64,000 nt of DNA, taken from assembly GCF_009914755.1 (NCBI RefSeq), contig NC_060930.1. One strand, given 5' to 3'. The translations under genes were made by a program, and so were the position numbers. The notes beneath the pieces were generated by a model that was not told where the DNA came from, did not search any database, and was given only the letters and a program-made list of their open reading frames with translations. The DNA is from the human T2T-CHM13v2.0 reference genome, Homo sapiens. The number at the start of each line of letters is the position of its first letter. The first letter of the stretch is position 1. Positions 19,448 to 32,598 of the stretch are shown here, piece after piece.

Positions 19448-20822
19448 CAGTAGCTTATAATTCTTTTGGTATCAGGATCCCTTTTTATTCGTAAAATTGT
19501 TGAGAACACCAAGAAGCTTTAGTTTACATGGGTTATGTAAAGTGACATTTATATTAATTTATTTGTTATTAAATAACAATAACAAACCCATTACATGTTA
19601 ACATAAACAACATACTTTTATGGAAAATAGCTGTCTTCTCCAGCACAAAAAAATAGTGAAAAAAAAGGAATTATTTTACATTTGTAAAAATCTCTTTAAT
19701 GTCTGGCTTAATAAAGCTAGCTTGGTTATATATTCTTCTACATTCAAGCTGTAACAATATGTTGTTTTGGCTAAAGTACAAGAGGAAAATCTGGCCTCAC
19801 TCTTATACACAGTTGGGAAAAGAAGGAAAGTTTCAATAACCATTTCAGCTATTGTAACTGTTCTTCCTTGATAAGACACCAAAACTCAAGAAATGGCAGA
19901 TTCTTAAAGGTTAGTTGCAGTGTGGAATCTGAAACCTTATAAATTAACTTTTCATCTTCTGTTGTGTTAAAATTCACTAGTCTATCTTTAAATGGATCTT
20001 TTCCTCTATGCATGACTTTGCAATATCATGCATTGATTATTTGTAAATTATTGATTCATGGGTTTACGCAGATTTTTAAAATGTTGACATATTTTATTAA
20101 ACAATATTTTTTAAACCATATTTGTTAATATCACCACCAATCTCATCAGAAACATCTTTAAGTAGTGAGAAGCTGCGGCACATGTAAGTTTTCCAAAAGT
20201 TTAATTTTCTCTTGAAATTCCAATTTCCACTGTCAATATTATTTTCTTTGATGGGATAGGCTCATTTTGTTTATTTTTGAGAAAATTTCTACCAAATACC
20301 CAAGTCTGAATAATCACAGTGTGCCTTTCAGTCATTCTTTCAAGGAAAATGATGACCCACTAAAAAAAAATGTTTAACTTCACTCACAACTCATGCAATT
20401 ACATAATGGCTTTTCCACAGGACAACTGCCTTTCCATCAGTATGCACCAGAAATGCTGCCTATGTTCTTACACTGACTATTAAACAGATGTGTGCTTGAG
20501 GTTTAAAATTTAGTAAACTAATGATTTTATTGCTTCATCAAGGTCACTGGCTTTTGCTTTTTTTTTTTTTTTTTTTTACTGTAAGCTTATGGCAGTGAAG
20601 AACATGACCTACCTGTACAGCTTGGTGTCACCACCTTGATTTGTGCTCAGGCACTAACAGTTTCACGTGACCACCATAGATTTCTGTACCACTATGTAAA
20701 TAATACAGTGAAAAAGCCAAATAACATCTTAGTATTAGTACAAAAATAGCTTGACTTCATAGGCCCCTTGAAGGGTCCCAGGGACCCCCAGGGATCCATG
20801 GACCACACCTTGAAAACCACCA
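19448..20822. mobile_element. Charlie1-like hAT DNA transposon remnant
   Basis: Ends resemble Charlie1 by recall: cagtagc...ttttggtatcaggatccctt and ggaccacaccttgaaaaccac. Confidence 0.65.
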
Positions 20823-21012
20823 CATGACAGGGATATCAACATAAGGAATGATGGTGAGCATTAAACATATCTCTACTCACAGAACTAAGACTAACAAGGG
20901 AGCAAGTAGTCTATGCAATGGTACAGGATCAACTAATATAGACATAGTTCAACTAGAAAGCGGGGGAGAACATAGGTAAAAAGGGAGAACACAGGTAATA
21001 GGGAGAATGTAG

Positions 21013-21435
<423 letters not shown>

Positions 21436-22136
21436 TAGCCCACTAGTAAGTGGAGGGAAGTGTCTCTTCACTAGTAAATGAAGGGAACTGTCTCTTTGTA
21501 GCATTAATAAAGCATATAAATGAAGAAAAAATGACAGAATACCACCATTTAGCAATCCCCAATAAATTAACAAACCTAAGCAATTAGTATCAATGGTTGC
21601 TAACATCACAAAAAGAAACAGCTGGAAATTATGTCTCTCATGGTGAAAGGCCACAACACCACGTATAGATTTTCCAAAGGAAAAGATTGAACCAGAGTCT
21701 GATCCAGCCTCTGCATCCAGATGCCAATTTGCAGGAGGCACAGAAGGCAGAGGATGTGTTACACTGCACCATGTGTATGCAGCCAGCAAAATCCAGAGTG
21801 TGGGAAACTCTACAGGTCAAATGGATTGAGCTTTTCAACAGATTAATCATAAGGGGGAAAAAAAGGCTGATGGGGGAGAAACCAGTGAAGTATAAGAGAC
21901 GTAAAAGACAACTAAGCTGTGGCGTCCAGGAACACATACCTGGGGGACTAGACTACAAAGACATGAAAGAGGTTACAATAAAATCAGGATATGGTCACTT
22001 TCGAGGGGAAGGAGAGGCTTTGATTGGCCTGACGTACAGAGACTTCTGCTGGAGCTGGCAAAGTCCTGTTCCTTGACTTGATTACAGGGGTTTTTCTTAA
22101 ATAATTCACTAAAATGTACATTTTTTGTATCTCCAT

Positions 22137-22142
22137 TTTATT
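22137..22142 (-). terminator. HLA-DOB: HLA-DOB polyadenylation signal AATAAA
   Basis: Plus-strand tttatt about 430 nt downstream of the stop codon. Confidence 0.75.
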
Positions 22143-22569
22143 TGACAATAAAAGGTTTTTAAAAACAGTGAAAAGGAAACAGTGACTACCTGAGCATTTG
22201 TCTTCTGAAGACTGTGGAGACTGCAGTTGGAAGACAGAAAGCTTTGGAGATCATGACTTATAGGAGTAGGGCTGGACCACAGAAAAGTAAATGATTTGGG
22301 ACTGGAAGGAGTAAGGTCTCAGGGGAGTTTCTGGACAATGCCCTTGGCAATGGGGATTAATGATGTACACGTAGAAGGGAGAAGGGCAGATGGGTGGGAG
22401 ATGCATGATCTCAGAACACAGAGCTCCAGAATCAGTTCGGGCTCCTCCAAGGATCAGGGAAGAGAGTTATTCCCAGAACATTGACCTCATGAATGTCCTT
22501 TACCTCACCCAGGGCCCAGACTACTCATCACTACTTCAGGCTCCAGAGAGAGAAGCTTCAGTGAGGACC

Positions 22570-25500
22570 TTAGCATGACTGAGGGAGCAGAACAGCTCTT
22601 GAGACCTGGAGGCACAGTGATGAAGGTCTCAGGAGGCAGCCTCACCACCCCCCACAGCCGTTCCAGAGACTCAGGGGACAGTCCCATCTAGACAGCAGCA
22701 ACCTTACTCCTCCCTACCCCCATGTCATCTCCCTCTGGCCAAAGAACCGGGAGAATGATCTGCCACTCAAAGACAAGGAAAAAGAGACATTACCTCATTA
22801 CCAGACATCTGCGTCCTCACATATCCTGGAAAGAAATCGAGAAAAGAATGGATTGCCCCAATTAGGACCCAATATGATTATCCCGAGGGAAGAACAAATG
22901 GCTGGCAAGGTCAGCACTCTCTCTGCTTATCCCATTTCTAGCTTCAGAAAAAAATTATCCCGGTGATCCCTGAGAGGCACAATCAGCTTTCCTTGCCTCA
23001 GATCATTGACGTTAGGGAAGGTGGGAGTGGGGAAGGTCTGGGACAGGTGGCAGGGCACTCCTCACAGGCTCATTACCTTTCTGAGCCCTTAGCTGGATGA
23101 CGATTCCCACCAGAAGGAAGATTAGCCCAAGTAGGAAGGCTGCAATGCCACTCAGCATCTTTCTCCAAGAATATTCAGACTGAGCTCCTATGGGAAACAG
23201 GTCTTTAAATTAGTAAAAATATCCCAATATTTAAAGCACTTTCTTGGAATCCCAGAATCTGTACTAGACACCAAATCCAATGCTAGCTAGAGAAAAATAA
23301 ATAAATTTAGAAAAGGTTCTTCGAAACCAAAGTGGCACCCATGGAGTTACCACCCATCGGTTACAGATTCTCACAGCCCATAAGAATGCCTCCTAAATAC
23401 TAAGACCAAAGAATTAGAGGACACCAGTTCATAGGGTTGGAAGCACATAATGAGGTGATTAGATCTCCTCATTTCTTGGAAGATATGAGGATAGATATCT
23501 GCCATGTTTTCTCCCACCCTAACCCAAGGACTCTGGTTTCTGTGACTGTCCCAGATCAAGGGAAAGAATAATTCATGTTGTGACCAAGATAAACGCAGAA
23601 GTGACACAGGCTCTGTATTGAGTCAGTATAGTCCTGAGTCAGGCCCAGAGAGTACTAGAAACTAATTCTCACTCCACTCCACAGAAACAGGGCTCAGCAG
23701 GCTGGAGTGATCGACAAGGCAGGTGTAGACATGTCCAAGTTCAGGAGTCATTTCTAGCATCACCACAGTCTGAAAGGTCCAGTCTCCATTCCTGATAGGG
23801 CCAGTGGACATGACCCCAGCTCTCTCCTCCTGCCCATTCAGGAACCACTTGATCTTGATATCCCCTGGATAGAAGCCTGTCACAGAGCAGTGCAGCAGAT
23901 TATGCTGGTGCAGGAGTGGGGTCCTCTCTGGGTACACTGTCACCTCTGGTTGCACTAGGAAGGGAGGAAAAATGAGACACCGTGAAAGAAAACCACCAAG
24001 CTGGGACAGGAGATTCTTTAGGGACTATCACTATGTCTAATCTCTTTCCCAGATCACCCAAGTGAACACAAAGTATAGGCAAGTCTCAGCCCCCAAGATC
24101 AGTAACAGGGTATGTCAATGCCTGTCAGGAGGATTTAGACTTTCTGAGGTACTCCCACAATTACTGCTTCTCTTTGAGGGTACAATAGCCCTCGAAGTCC
24201 CTGAGAACCTTGGGGGTCTGAGACCAAGATCACAGTGGCTGACTTGTGAGGATAATATATCACAGCTGGGGCCAGAACATCTACACAGACAACCATTTAT
24301 CCTAAAGCAGAAAATTGCTTGTAAGAAAGAAGAGCCATGGCCAGGTTCACATGGGGGACATTCCTGAGCCCCGCCAGACCTCAGCTTCCAGCTCACCTTT
24401 TCTCCCCACAGTGAAGGGTGCGCCCAGCCTGTAGTTGTGTCTACAGACCCCATCCACGGCCTGTCTGCTCCTCTCCAAGAGATCCAGCCGGCTGTTCCAC
24501 TGCTCAGCATCTGGCTGCCCCAGCTTGGTCAATGCCACAAACATCCCCACATCACTGTCGAAACGTACATACTCCTCCAAGTTAAAGATGAATCTGACCA
24601 CAAACTGCACCTTTTCTGTCCCGTTGGTGAAGTAACAGTCAGCCTTTGCCTGAATCACAAAATCTTCTGGAAAACCAAAACCAAAACCATGAACCAGCCC
24701 CCTCCTCTGGGAAAACCCATGCCTGGTAAATTACGTCAGACCACATGGATCTAAGAGGAGGCCTTTGACCTCAGTATGCTCAAAAAGCACAGTGTCAAGT
24801 GAGAAAAGAAACAGAATGGGATTCAACAGAGAATGACATTTATTAAATTTTAAAAACACATAAAGAGCAATAATGCTACATATTTCTAAAAGCCACTCTC
24901 ATACTTAGAGACATACCAGACACGTTTAGAATGGATTCTCTAGGGAGGGGAGAGAATGAGAACGGAGGCAAGAGAAGAGATGAGAGAGTCTTGCACTACT
25001 GCCAATAATTACAATGTGCTGTGAACTCATTGGGTAAAATTAAACCAATCCTATGCACTTAAGAACAACAACTACAATAAAAAGGAAATTCAAATGGAGT
25101 TAATAATGTAGGTAAGTCAGGAAGGACGTCCTGAAGACATTGCATCTAAGTCAAGACTTGAAAGATAATTGCTATTAATGTTGGGTTGTAATTTACTTTC
25201 CTTTCTAAGTTCAGAAGCCTCCTCCAACTCTGAACTGAGCCATAAGAATGACCTTCCTGGGTGAACCCCACTTATCCCTCACTCAGTAGCTAATTTCAGA
25301 TGAAGTTCCAGCCTGTAATTTCTCAGCATGTATACTCTTCTCTATTTCCTCTAGTAGTCTAAACCAGGGGGGAAATCTGAATTTTTCATCATCATTTAAC
25401 ATCTGTGCTGATTTTTTTTTCAGTTGTATTGTTTAATGGACATTATAAACTCAGGGCGGTTTCTATTCTCTAAGAATAATGATCTCTCCTGGCCAGGTTT

Positions 25501-26304
25501 GTTCCTCTTTTGTATTTAATGAAACTAACATGCAAAGGGGATTCTGTTCTTAGCACATTACATCCTGTTTCTGCTCATTAATATGTGCTTTCATCTCACA
25601 TTGCTTCATGGCTGCATATTCTGTCACCTGTGCTAGAAAAATAACAGTGACAAGTAACTTGTACCTGGTAGCCGGAGGACAAGGACAATGTATTCTATTC
25701 AACTTCTCTTACTTCTCAAAACTGTTTAGTACAATTCTGACAATATAATAGTGGCTTAATAAATGACAGAAGGAGCAACCTTTGTTTCCAGTTTCATTTG
25801 TCCACATATACCCCAACTGAGATTTGTTTCCGTGTCCTGACCAAAAAATCACAGATTGCCTCTGTGACCCAGCCTACTGCAGGTTGTTTCTCCCAGCAGG
25901 CTCGAACCCAAGCCAAGGCCTTCAACACGCCCAGGCACTGACTGAGGTTGATACACACAATAAGGATCCTAAACAAGACACAATGTTTCCCTCTTCCTGC
26001 CTCCCTACCCCTTGAATAGGTGGCTCTGGTATATGAAGTCCATCCCATGTAAAGAGGCAAGGCGTACCTTTCTGCCAAAGGGAAGAACACTGTTCTTTGA
26101 AACCAAAAGCCACTTCCAGTCTGGTCTGTGGCCTGGACTTACAAAGAAAGGCATCACTCCCCCATGCCAATTCTTGCATACACACTGGAAAAAAACAATT
26201 GCTCTGTTCTTACCTGGAGAGTCTGTGCCTTGAGTCATGGAGGAATCCAGTTGGGTCAGATTCACTAGCAGAGCCACCACCCAGGGGACCCACCCAGAAC
26301 CCAT
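22570..26304 (-). CDS. HLA-DOB: MHC class II DO beta chain, 273 aa, 6 coding exons
   Basis: Exons 26214-26304, 24397-24666, 23673-23954, 23077-23187, 22794-22825, 22570-22605, all GT-AG, total 822 nt = 273 aa + TAA. Protein: leader MGSGWVPW..., beta1 [17 protein letters not shown]...CRHNY, Ig-C1 beta2 (CSVTGFYP...YTCLVDH), TM, and tail [22 protein letters not shown]. Confidence 0.99.
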
Positions 26305-26419
26305 TCTGGAGAAAGGAAAAAAATGAGATAGTAAAATCGTCAGCCTCTTCAGAATGAGCTCATAAAATTCAGTCAGAAAGTACCCATTAAGAGTATAAAT
26401 CGCTGTTTTTCTGGCTTCC

Positions 26420-26490
26420 CCAGGATTGGAAACTCCTCAGATTGACAACCAATCAAGATAGAAGAGTTTTGCATCATCAGGTACTGGGTA
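26420..26490 (-). promoter_or_regulatory. HLA-DOB: HLA-DOB class II X1/X2-Y promoter module
   Basis: On the minus strand: CCCAGTACCTGATG (X1, 26475-26488), then ATGCAA (X2-like), then TTGATTGGTT (Y box, about 26447-26456) at class II-like spacing. A second CCAAT lies at about 26425-26429. Confidence 0.85.
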
Positions 26491-27179
26491 GGATACTTTC
26501 ACAAAGTTGTGTCATACAACTCAACCATTGTTTGCCTGCAGAATCACTGACAGTAATTTAGGTATACTAAAAATGGGCTGGGAGAAGAAGTAAAAATATA
26601 TGTTTGACATATTATGGGGCCCTAGAAGAACTAGGCAGACTGTTTATTATGTATTCTTCTATTCCCTGGCCTGTTCTGACCAATAGGTCTCCCTTCTTAT
26701 TGGGTGTTGACATTGCCAACAGGCAGTGTGTAAATTAAGAAGGAATTAAGAGTATGTAAATTAAGCATTCTGAAGCATATGCCTCAAGAAGATTTAGTAA
26801 AGGGATTATCAGAGAAGAAATAGAAGACATAGAGAACATTTGGAGAGTACGATTTCCTATAAGCCAAAATGACCACAAAAAAAGAAAAGAAAAGAAAACA
26901 TGGAAAGAGAATTCTCAAAGAATAAAATTTTGCAAAAAGGCTCACCAGGATACAATCTAAGAGAGCATTATTGTGTTTTATGGTTAGTAGGGCACCAATA
27001 ACCTTCAAGAGGACAGCAGAGTGTTAAAGGTAGAAGCCATATTTCAAAAGAATGAATTGGAAACAAGAAAACAAAGGCCGCAGATTAAAACAGTCTTTCA
27101 AGAATTTTGAAAGTGAAAACAAAGGAAAAAATGGGATACACTTTAGAAAAAAACAACACTAAGAAAAAATACTTTTCTT

Positions 27180-27575
27180 GGGTTTTTTAAATTGACACGT
27201 AATAATTGTACATATTTATGGGGTACAGCATGATGTTCCAACACACCTATACATTGTGTATTGATCAAATCAGGGTAATTAGTATGTGATATATATACAT
27301 GATGGAATACTATTCCGCCATAAAAAAGCATGAAATCCTGTCATTTTCAACAACATGGGTGAACCTGGAGGGCTCTATGTTAAGTGAAATAAGCCAAGAA
27401 CAGAAGGACTATATTATGTGATTTCACTCATATGTGGAATCTAAAAAAGTTGACCTCATCGAAGTAAAGAGTACGTTAGGAGTTACCAGAGGCTGGGGAG
27501 TCAGGGGTAGAAATGGGTAGAGGTTGGTAACAAGTACAAAGTTACAGTTAGACAGAAGGAATGAGTTCTGGTGTT
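27180..27575 (-). mobile_element. L1MA 3' fragment with internal inversion
   Basis: About 27180-27288 is the antisense 3' terminus; about 27290-27575 is the upstream L1 3' region in sense orientation. Confidence 0.8.
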
Positions 27576-27696
27576 TTGGGAAAAGAAACTTTTAAGACAG
27601 GAGAGACTTCAACAAGGTTGCAAGTGAAGTGCAAGGTATCTGTAGAAAGGAGAAACTGAAGAGAAAAAAGAGAAGAAAGGGGACATTTTCTCCAAA

Positions 27697-28632
27697 ATGC
27701 TGTGGTCTGAATGTCACTCAAAATTCAAGTGTTGCAATTTAATCACCAATGTGATAGTATCAAAAGGTGGGCCCTTTAGGAGGTGATTAAGTCATGAATG
27801 CAGAGGCCTCCTGAATGGGATTAGAGACTTTAAAAAGGGCTAGAGAGAGCAGGGATGATGGCTCATGCCTGTAATCCCAGCACTTTGGGAGGCTGAGGAG
27901 GAAGATTGCTTGAGGCTAGGAGTTAGAGACCTGCCTGGAAAACATAGTGAGACCCCCATGTCCAAATAAAATTTAAAAAATTAAAGAAATAAACATGGTG
28001 GCATGCACCTGTGGTCTTAGTTACTTTGGAGGCTGAGGTGGGAAGACTACTTGAGCCCAGAAGTTCAAAGTTGCAGTGAACCATGAATGCACCACTGTAC
28101 TCCAGCATGGGTAACAGAACGAGGCCCTGTCTCAATCAATCAATCAGTCAATCAATAAAAATAGAAGGGCTGGAGGCAATAGCTTGGCACTTTTGCCCTT
28201 CTGCCTTCCTCCTTGTGAGGACTGTTACACTGGAATGATTTGACTCAAGTGTTTAGTTAAGTATTCTTTCAGTAAAACCTAGACAGTAAAACACTATCTT
28301 TAAGCAAATAAAACCAAAAGTGCAAATTGTAATTCACCATCTATGTTATTATTATTTAAAGGGCAATGTTTACTCATCATTTCACATCATCTTTCAGCAT
28401 GAAATGTGGCCCTGATTTGCCTATACTGTGCATGTTAAGAATGAACCCAGGGTATCATGGTAACCACAAGTTCACTTCAGTGACTTTTTTCAAGTCGATG
28501 GCCAAGGCATCAAATCTTCCAGGGCCATGACCTTGAACTTCTAGCTTCCAGAACTGTGAGAAATAAATTTCTGTTCTTCATAAATTACCCTATCTCGTGT
28601 ATCTTGTTACAATAACACAAATGGACTAAGAC
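27697..28632 (+). mobile_element. MST-like MaLR LTR interrupted by an AluJ (27845-28160) and another insert
   Basis: Starts tgctgtggtctgaatgt; ends aataaatttctgttc...atggactaagaca. Confidence 0.75.
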
Positions 28633-31600
28633 AGAGAGCATAAGGCTTGGGGGAAGAAGGGTACACTTCTTCAGATAAAAGAATAAAGACAGGACGATTA
28701 GCAGGGGATAAAGGGGAATGAGGAAGTTCCATTTAGATGGTTGCAAGGGACTCAGCTGAGAACAAGGCAAGATCTGTCAAAAAGGAGTTGGAAGAAAATA
28801 TATTTGATAACTAAGAAGAGCAAGAAGTGGTCTGTAAGTGAGTTTTTAAAGTTTTAATTAAGCAGGATTCAGAAAAGAGAGGTGAGATGCAATTGTGCAA
28901 CCTTTTACTGTTCTATGACCCTTAGTAAATGCCCTTGGTTAGAGGCCTGGATCAGACCAATCAGAAAAATAATTTCTTCTCCATGGGAGATTATAACAGG
29001 TAAAGAAAAAGAGAGCAAGACGTGGAAGACATCGCTAGTGTTCATCCTCTAATTCCTAGGCCCATGGAAAACGAGAAACTAGACTTCCTACTCTCCTGGA
29101 GCTGTGTGACTCGTTCTCACCAATGGAAAGTGAACAAAAGGTTCCTGGTCAAAGAATTTAACTCCTCATGCATGACTCTTCTCCTCCTCCCCTACCAAGT
29201 CAACCAAGACAGCCTTGTGTTGAGATAGCACAATCCCAGTAGAAAAGCAGTCTAATTAGCTGAGTCACCATGAAGAGCAGCTGCCCCAGGGAATCACTCA
29301 CACCTACAACACACTCTGTATGAATGAGAAACAACTGTTCTTTAAAGAAGGTACTGGCTTGGTTACCACAGCCTGGCCTGACTTGACTTAACTGCTACAG
29401 GACAGGAGCTAGGAGGCTGACCCCTCTCCCTCCACATCTCTCATGTAAATGTGACGATTCATGAAGTGGAAGGCTGGCCACAGGCTTACTGGTAGACCCC
29501 CGAGTACAAGGCATTTGACCCTGGTTTTGAGTACTCCTCCTCCAGGTGGATGGCTGTGGAGCTCACACTGGCGAGGGCTTGTGTGGAGCCGAGGATAAGG
29601 AGGCATCAGAGGGCACTCAAGCCACTGGGTCTAACTTCCTCCCTTCTTCCTGCCCACACCTACCTTAGTCTTTCCCAGATGTTTTATTGCATTTGGAAAT
29701 GGAGACAAACACCCAACACAGGCTAAGTGAACAAGGACACGGCACGGAGATGATCAGATGCAGTAACAGCATGAGCGGGTGGAAGAGGCGTGTGTCCCCT
29801 TCTTTGTAGACAGCACCATGGCTGGCTTCTGCAGCTTCCCTCAGAGCTGAAGGAAGGGCCATGTGGAGAGGAGAGGAAGGGCCTAGACAATATGGATCAA
29901 ACGGGGGCCTGTATTTAGATTTAGAGGAGAGAGGGGGTTGATAAATGGCAAGGGATGTGGGGATGGGGAGGAAGTGGAGGATATGGCGCTGGACCAGAAA
30001 GTTAGGAGGGCTGCTCTTTCTTCTGTGTAAATGTGTCTAAGGCTCACAAACTCTAAAATCTGACTTGCCTACATAATAATAGCTAACGTTTGTCAATTGC
30101 TTATTATGAGTTCATTTTCTAAGCATTATATAAATGTGTGCTTGTGTGTGTATGAGAGAGAGAGAAAGAGAGAGAATCATCACACAAAACCCTTTGCAGT
30201 AGATACTATCATGATCTCCCTTTTACAGATGAGGTAAGGATGGAATGAACCAAAGTTCACATAACTAGTAAGTCCCTAGGCTGTACTTTTTCTGTCACAC
30301 TGTATTTCTTGGGAAGCCAGGGAAACTTTATTCCTACAGCTTTAGCATTCCGGTAATGATAAGGTACACAAAAAGGGAAAATAACCAAGGAATTTCATCA
30401 TAGCTGTTTGGTGTCAGGACAGATCTCTGTAAGGAAATCATATCCTACCTAACAAAAGGAAATCAGTGATCTCACATGACAAGCAAGGAATGGCATAGAG
30501 CCTGGCATGGGAACTAAGAAGAGAAAGCAATAAGCTTCAGTTAGCAAGCTATGGATCTCCTTCGTCAATGGCCTCTGGTACATCTTAAATAAACTGAAGC
30601 ATCAGATTCACCCCCATTAGAAGCGTTTTTGAGTCATTTTCTGTGCATAGTGTCAGTGTCTACGATAGAAGGGCCTGGGCTTATCAGAGACACTGTTCAG
30701 TTCTGGGGAGACAAGAGGAAAAAGATGTGGTTTTCTTCCTTTCTCCCGTATTTATGTTTTTGTCTTCTACTTGAAAGAGCCTGAAAAATAGGGCAGGGTG
30801 TTTTGATCTTTTTTTCCTGCCTGACTTCAGCCAGCAGCCCTCCCTAAATAGCTACAGGCTCCTCTGTGATTTTTCACTCAAGCTCATATTTTGCTTCTCT
30901 CTTTTCTTTCCTTCCCCTTTCTCTGAGGAGTGAGAGAATTTGGGTGTATGTGTGGTTGTTTTTTGAGGGTGGCATAAAATTATTATTCTCCCTATTGCCT
31001 GACACAAATATCCCTTCAACTGCTATTTTGGTGACTTTGACATGGAAGTAAAACGTACATCTCAATTCATTTTCTTCCTTCTACTTCCTCCTAACACATC
31101 AACATAATCCACACTGCCCTGGAGGAGTTATGAAAAATATTCTGAGTTTCTAGGTAGAATATTAAATCATACTTTTAGAGAACACATTGTTGAGCTACAG
31201 TTTAATTGAAGGAATTGTACTAGGCTAAGAATTTTGCCAGCTCAAAATACTGGTTTAATTCTTTCTCAGTGGTGATTGACATCTCAAACCAGCAAGAGGT
31301 GTAACATGAGGGGAAGGTGCCGGGGAAGAGGGAAAGGATGTAAGAAACAAAAGAAATAGTTAGAATTTGGGGTGTCCAAAGCAAATTCATGATCCCACCT
31401 AGTGAGAATCCATTTGGAAACTGAGGAACCAAAGGCTTTGGGCTCCAATCTGCAGCCACTTCTTTGATACGACTTTGGGATAGGTGGACTCACCCGAAGT
31501 ATTGTTTTACATGTACTATTTGCCTCAATTTCCTTGTGATGGTTTTGTCCATCACCTCATCCTGAAAAAATAAATGTTGGTGATGCTTTGTTCCACATAT

Positions 31601-31644
31601 TCGTTCATTTGAACTCATTATTCCCAGGAAATATCCATTGAAAT

Positions 31645-31674
31645 TCAAAATATCATGAACTTCCAAAAGGTTTT
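31645..31674 (-). CDS. TAP2: TAP2iso alternative distal terminal exon (KTFWKFMIF*), giving a 653-aa isoform
   Basis: Long T tract + TTCTAG acceptor, then AAA ACC TTT TGG AAG TTC ATG ATA TTT TGA. It is phase 0, matching the donor at 38775 (644 + 9 aa). Confidence 0.9.
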   Translation of the reverse strand, partial: KTFWKFMIF

Positions 31675-31887
31675 CTAGAAAAAAAAAAACAAAAAAAACC
31701 CCTTGATCTTAATGGGTGTTTTTTAATCTGTGCTAGAATCTGTTTGCAATGTTTTATTTAGGATTTTTGTGTCAGTATAATAAGTAAATTCATCTACAAT
31801 TTTTATATTTGTGCATTGTCATAGTTTAACATCAATATTATACTTGCTTCATTAAAAAATTTTCTTCTATGCCATTGAGCCATTTAA

Positions 31888-32192
31888 TTTTTGTTTGTTT
31901 GTTTGTTTGTTTTAGAGACAAGGCCTCACTCTGTTGCCCAGGCTGGAGTGCAGTGGCACAATCATAGCTCACTGCAGCCTTGAACTCCTGGGCCCAAGCG
32001 ATCCTCCCACCTCAGCCAAGCAGTTGAAACCACAGGCACGAGCCACCACAACTGGCTAATTTTTGTATTTTTTGTAGAGATGGGTTTTCGCTGTTGCCCA
32101 CACTGGTCTTGAGCTCCTGAGTTCAAGCAATCCGACTGCTTAGGCCTCCCAAAGTGCTGGGATTATAGGTGTGAGCCACTGCACCCGGCCTC
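31888..32192 (-). mobile_element. AluJ
   Basis: Antisense Alu with (TTTG)n tail. Confidence 0.92.
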
Positions 32193-32226
32193 TATTTTCA
32201 ATTTTAAAAGTTCGATATAGATGTAG

Positions 32227-32598
<372 letters not shown>

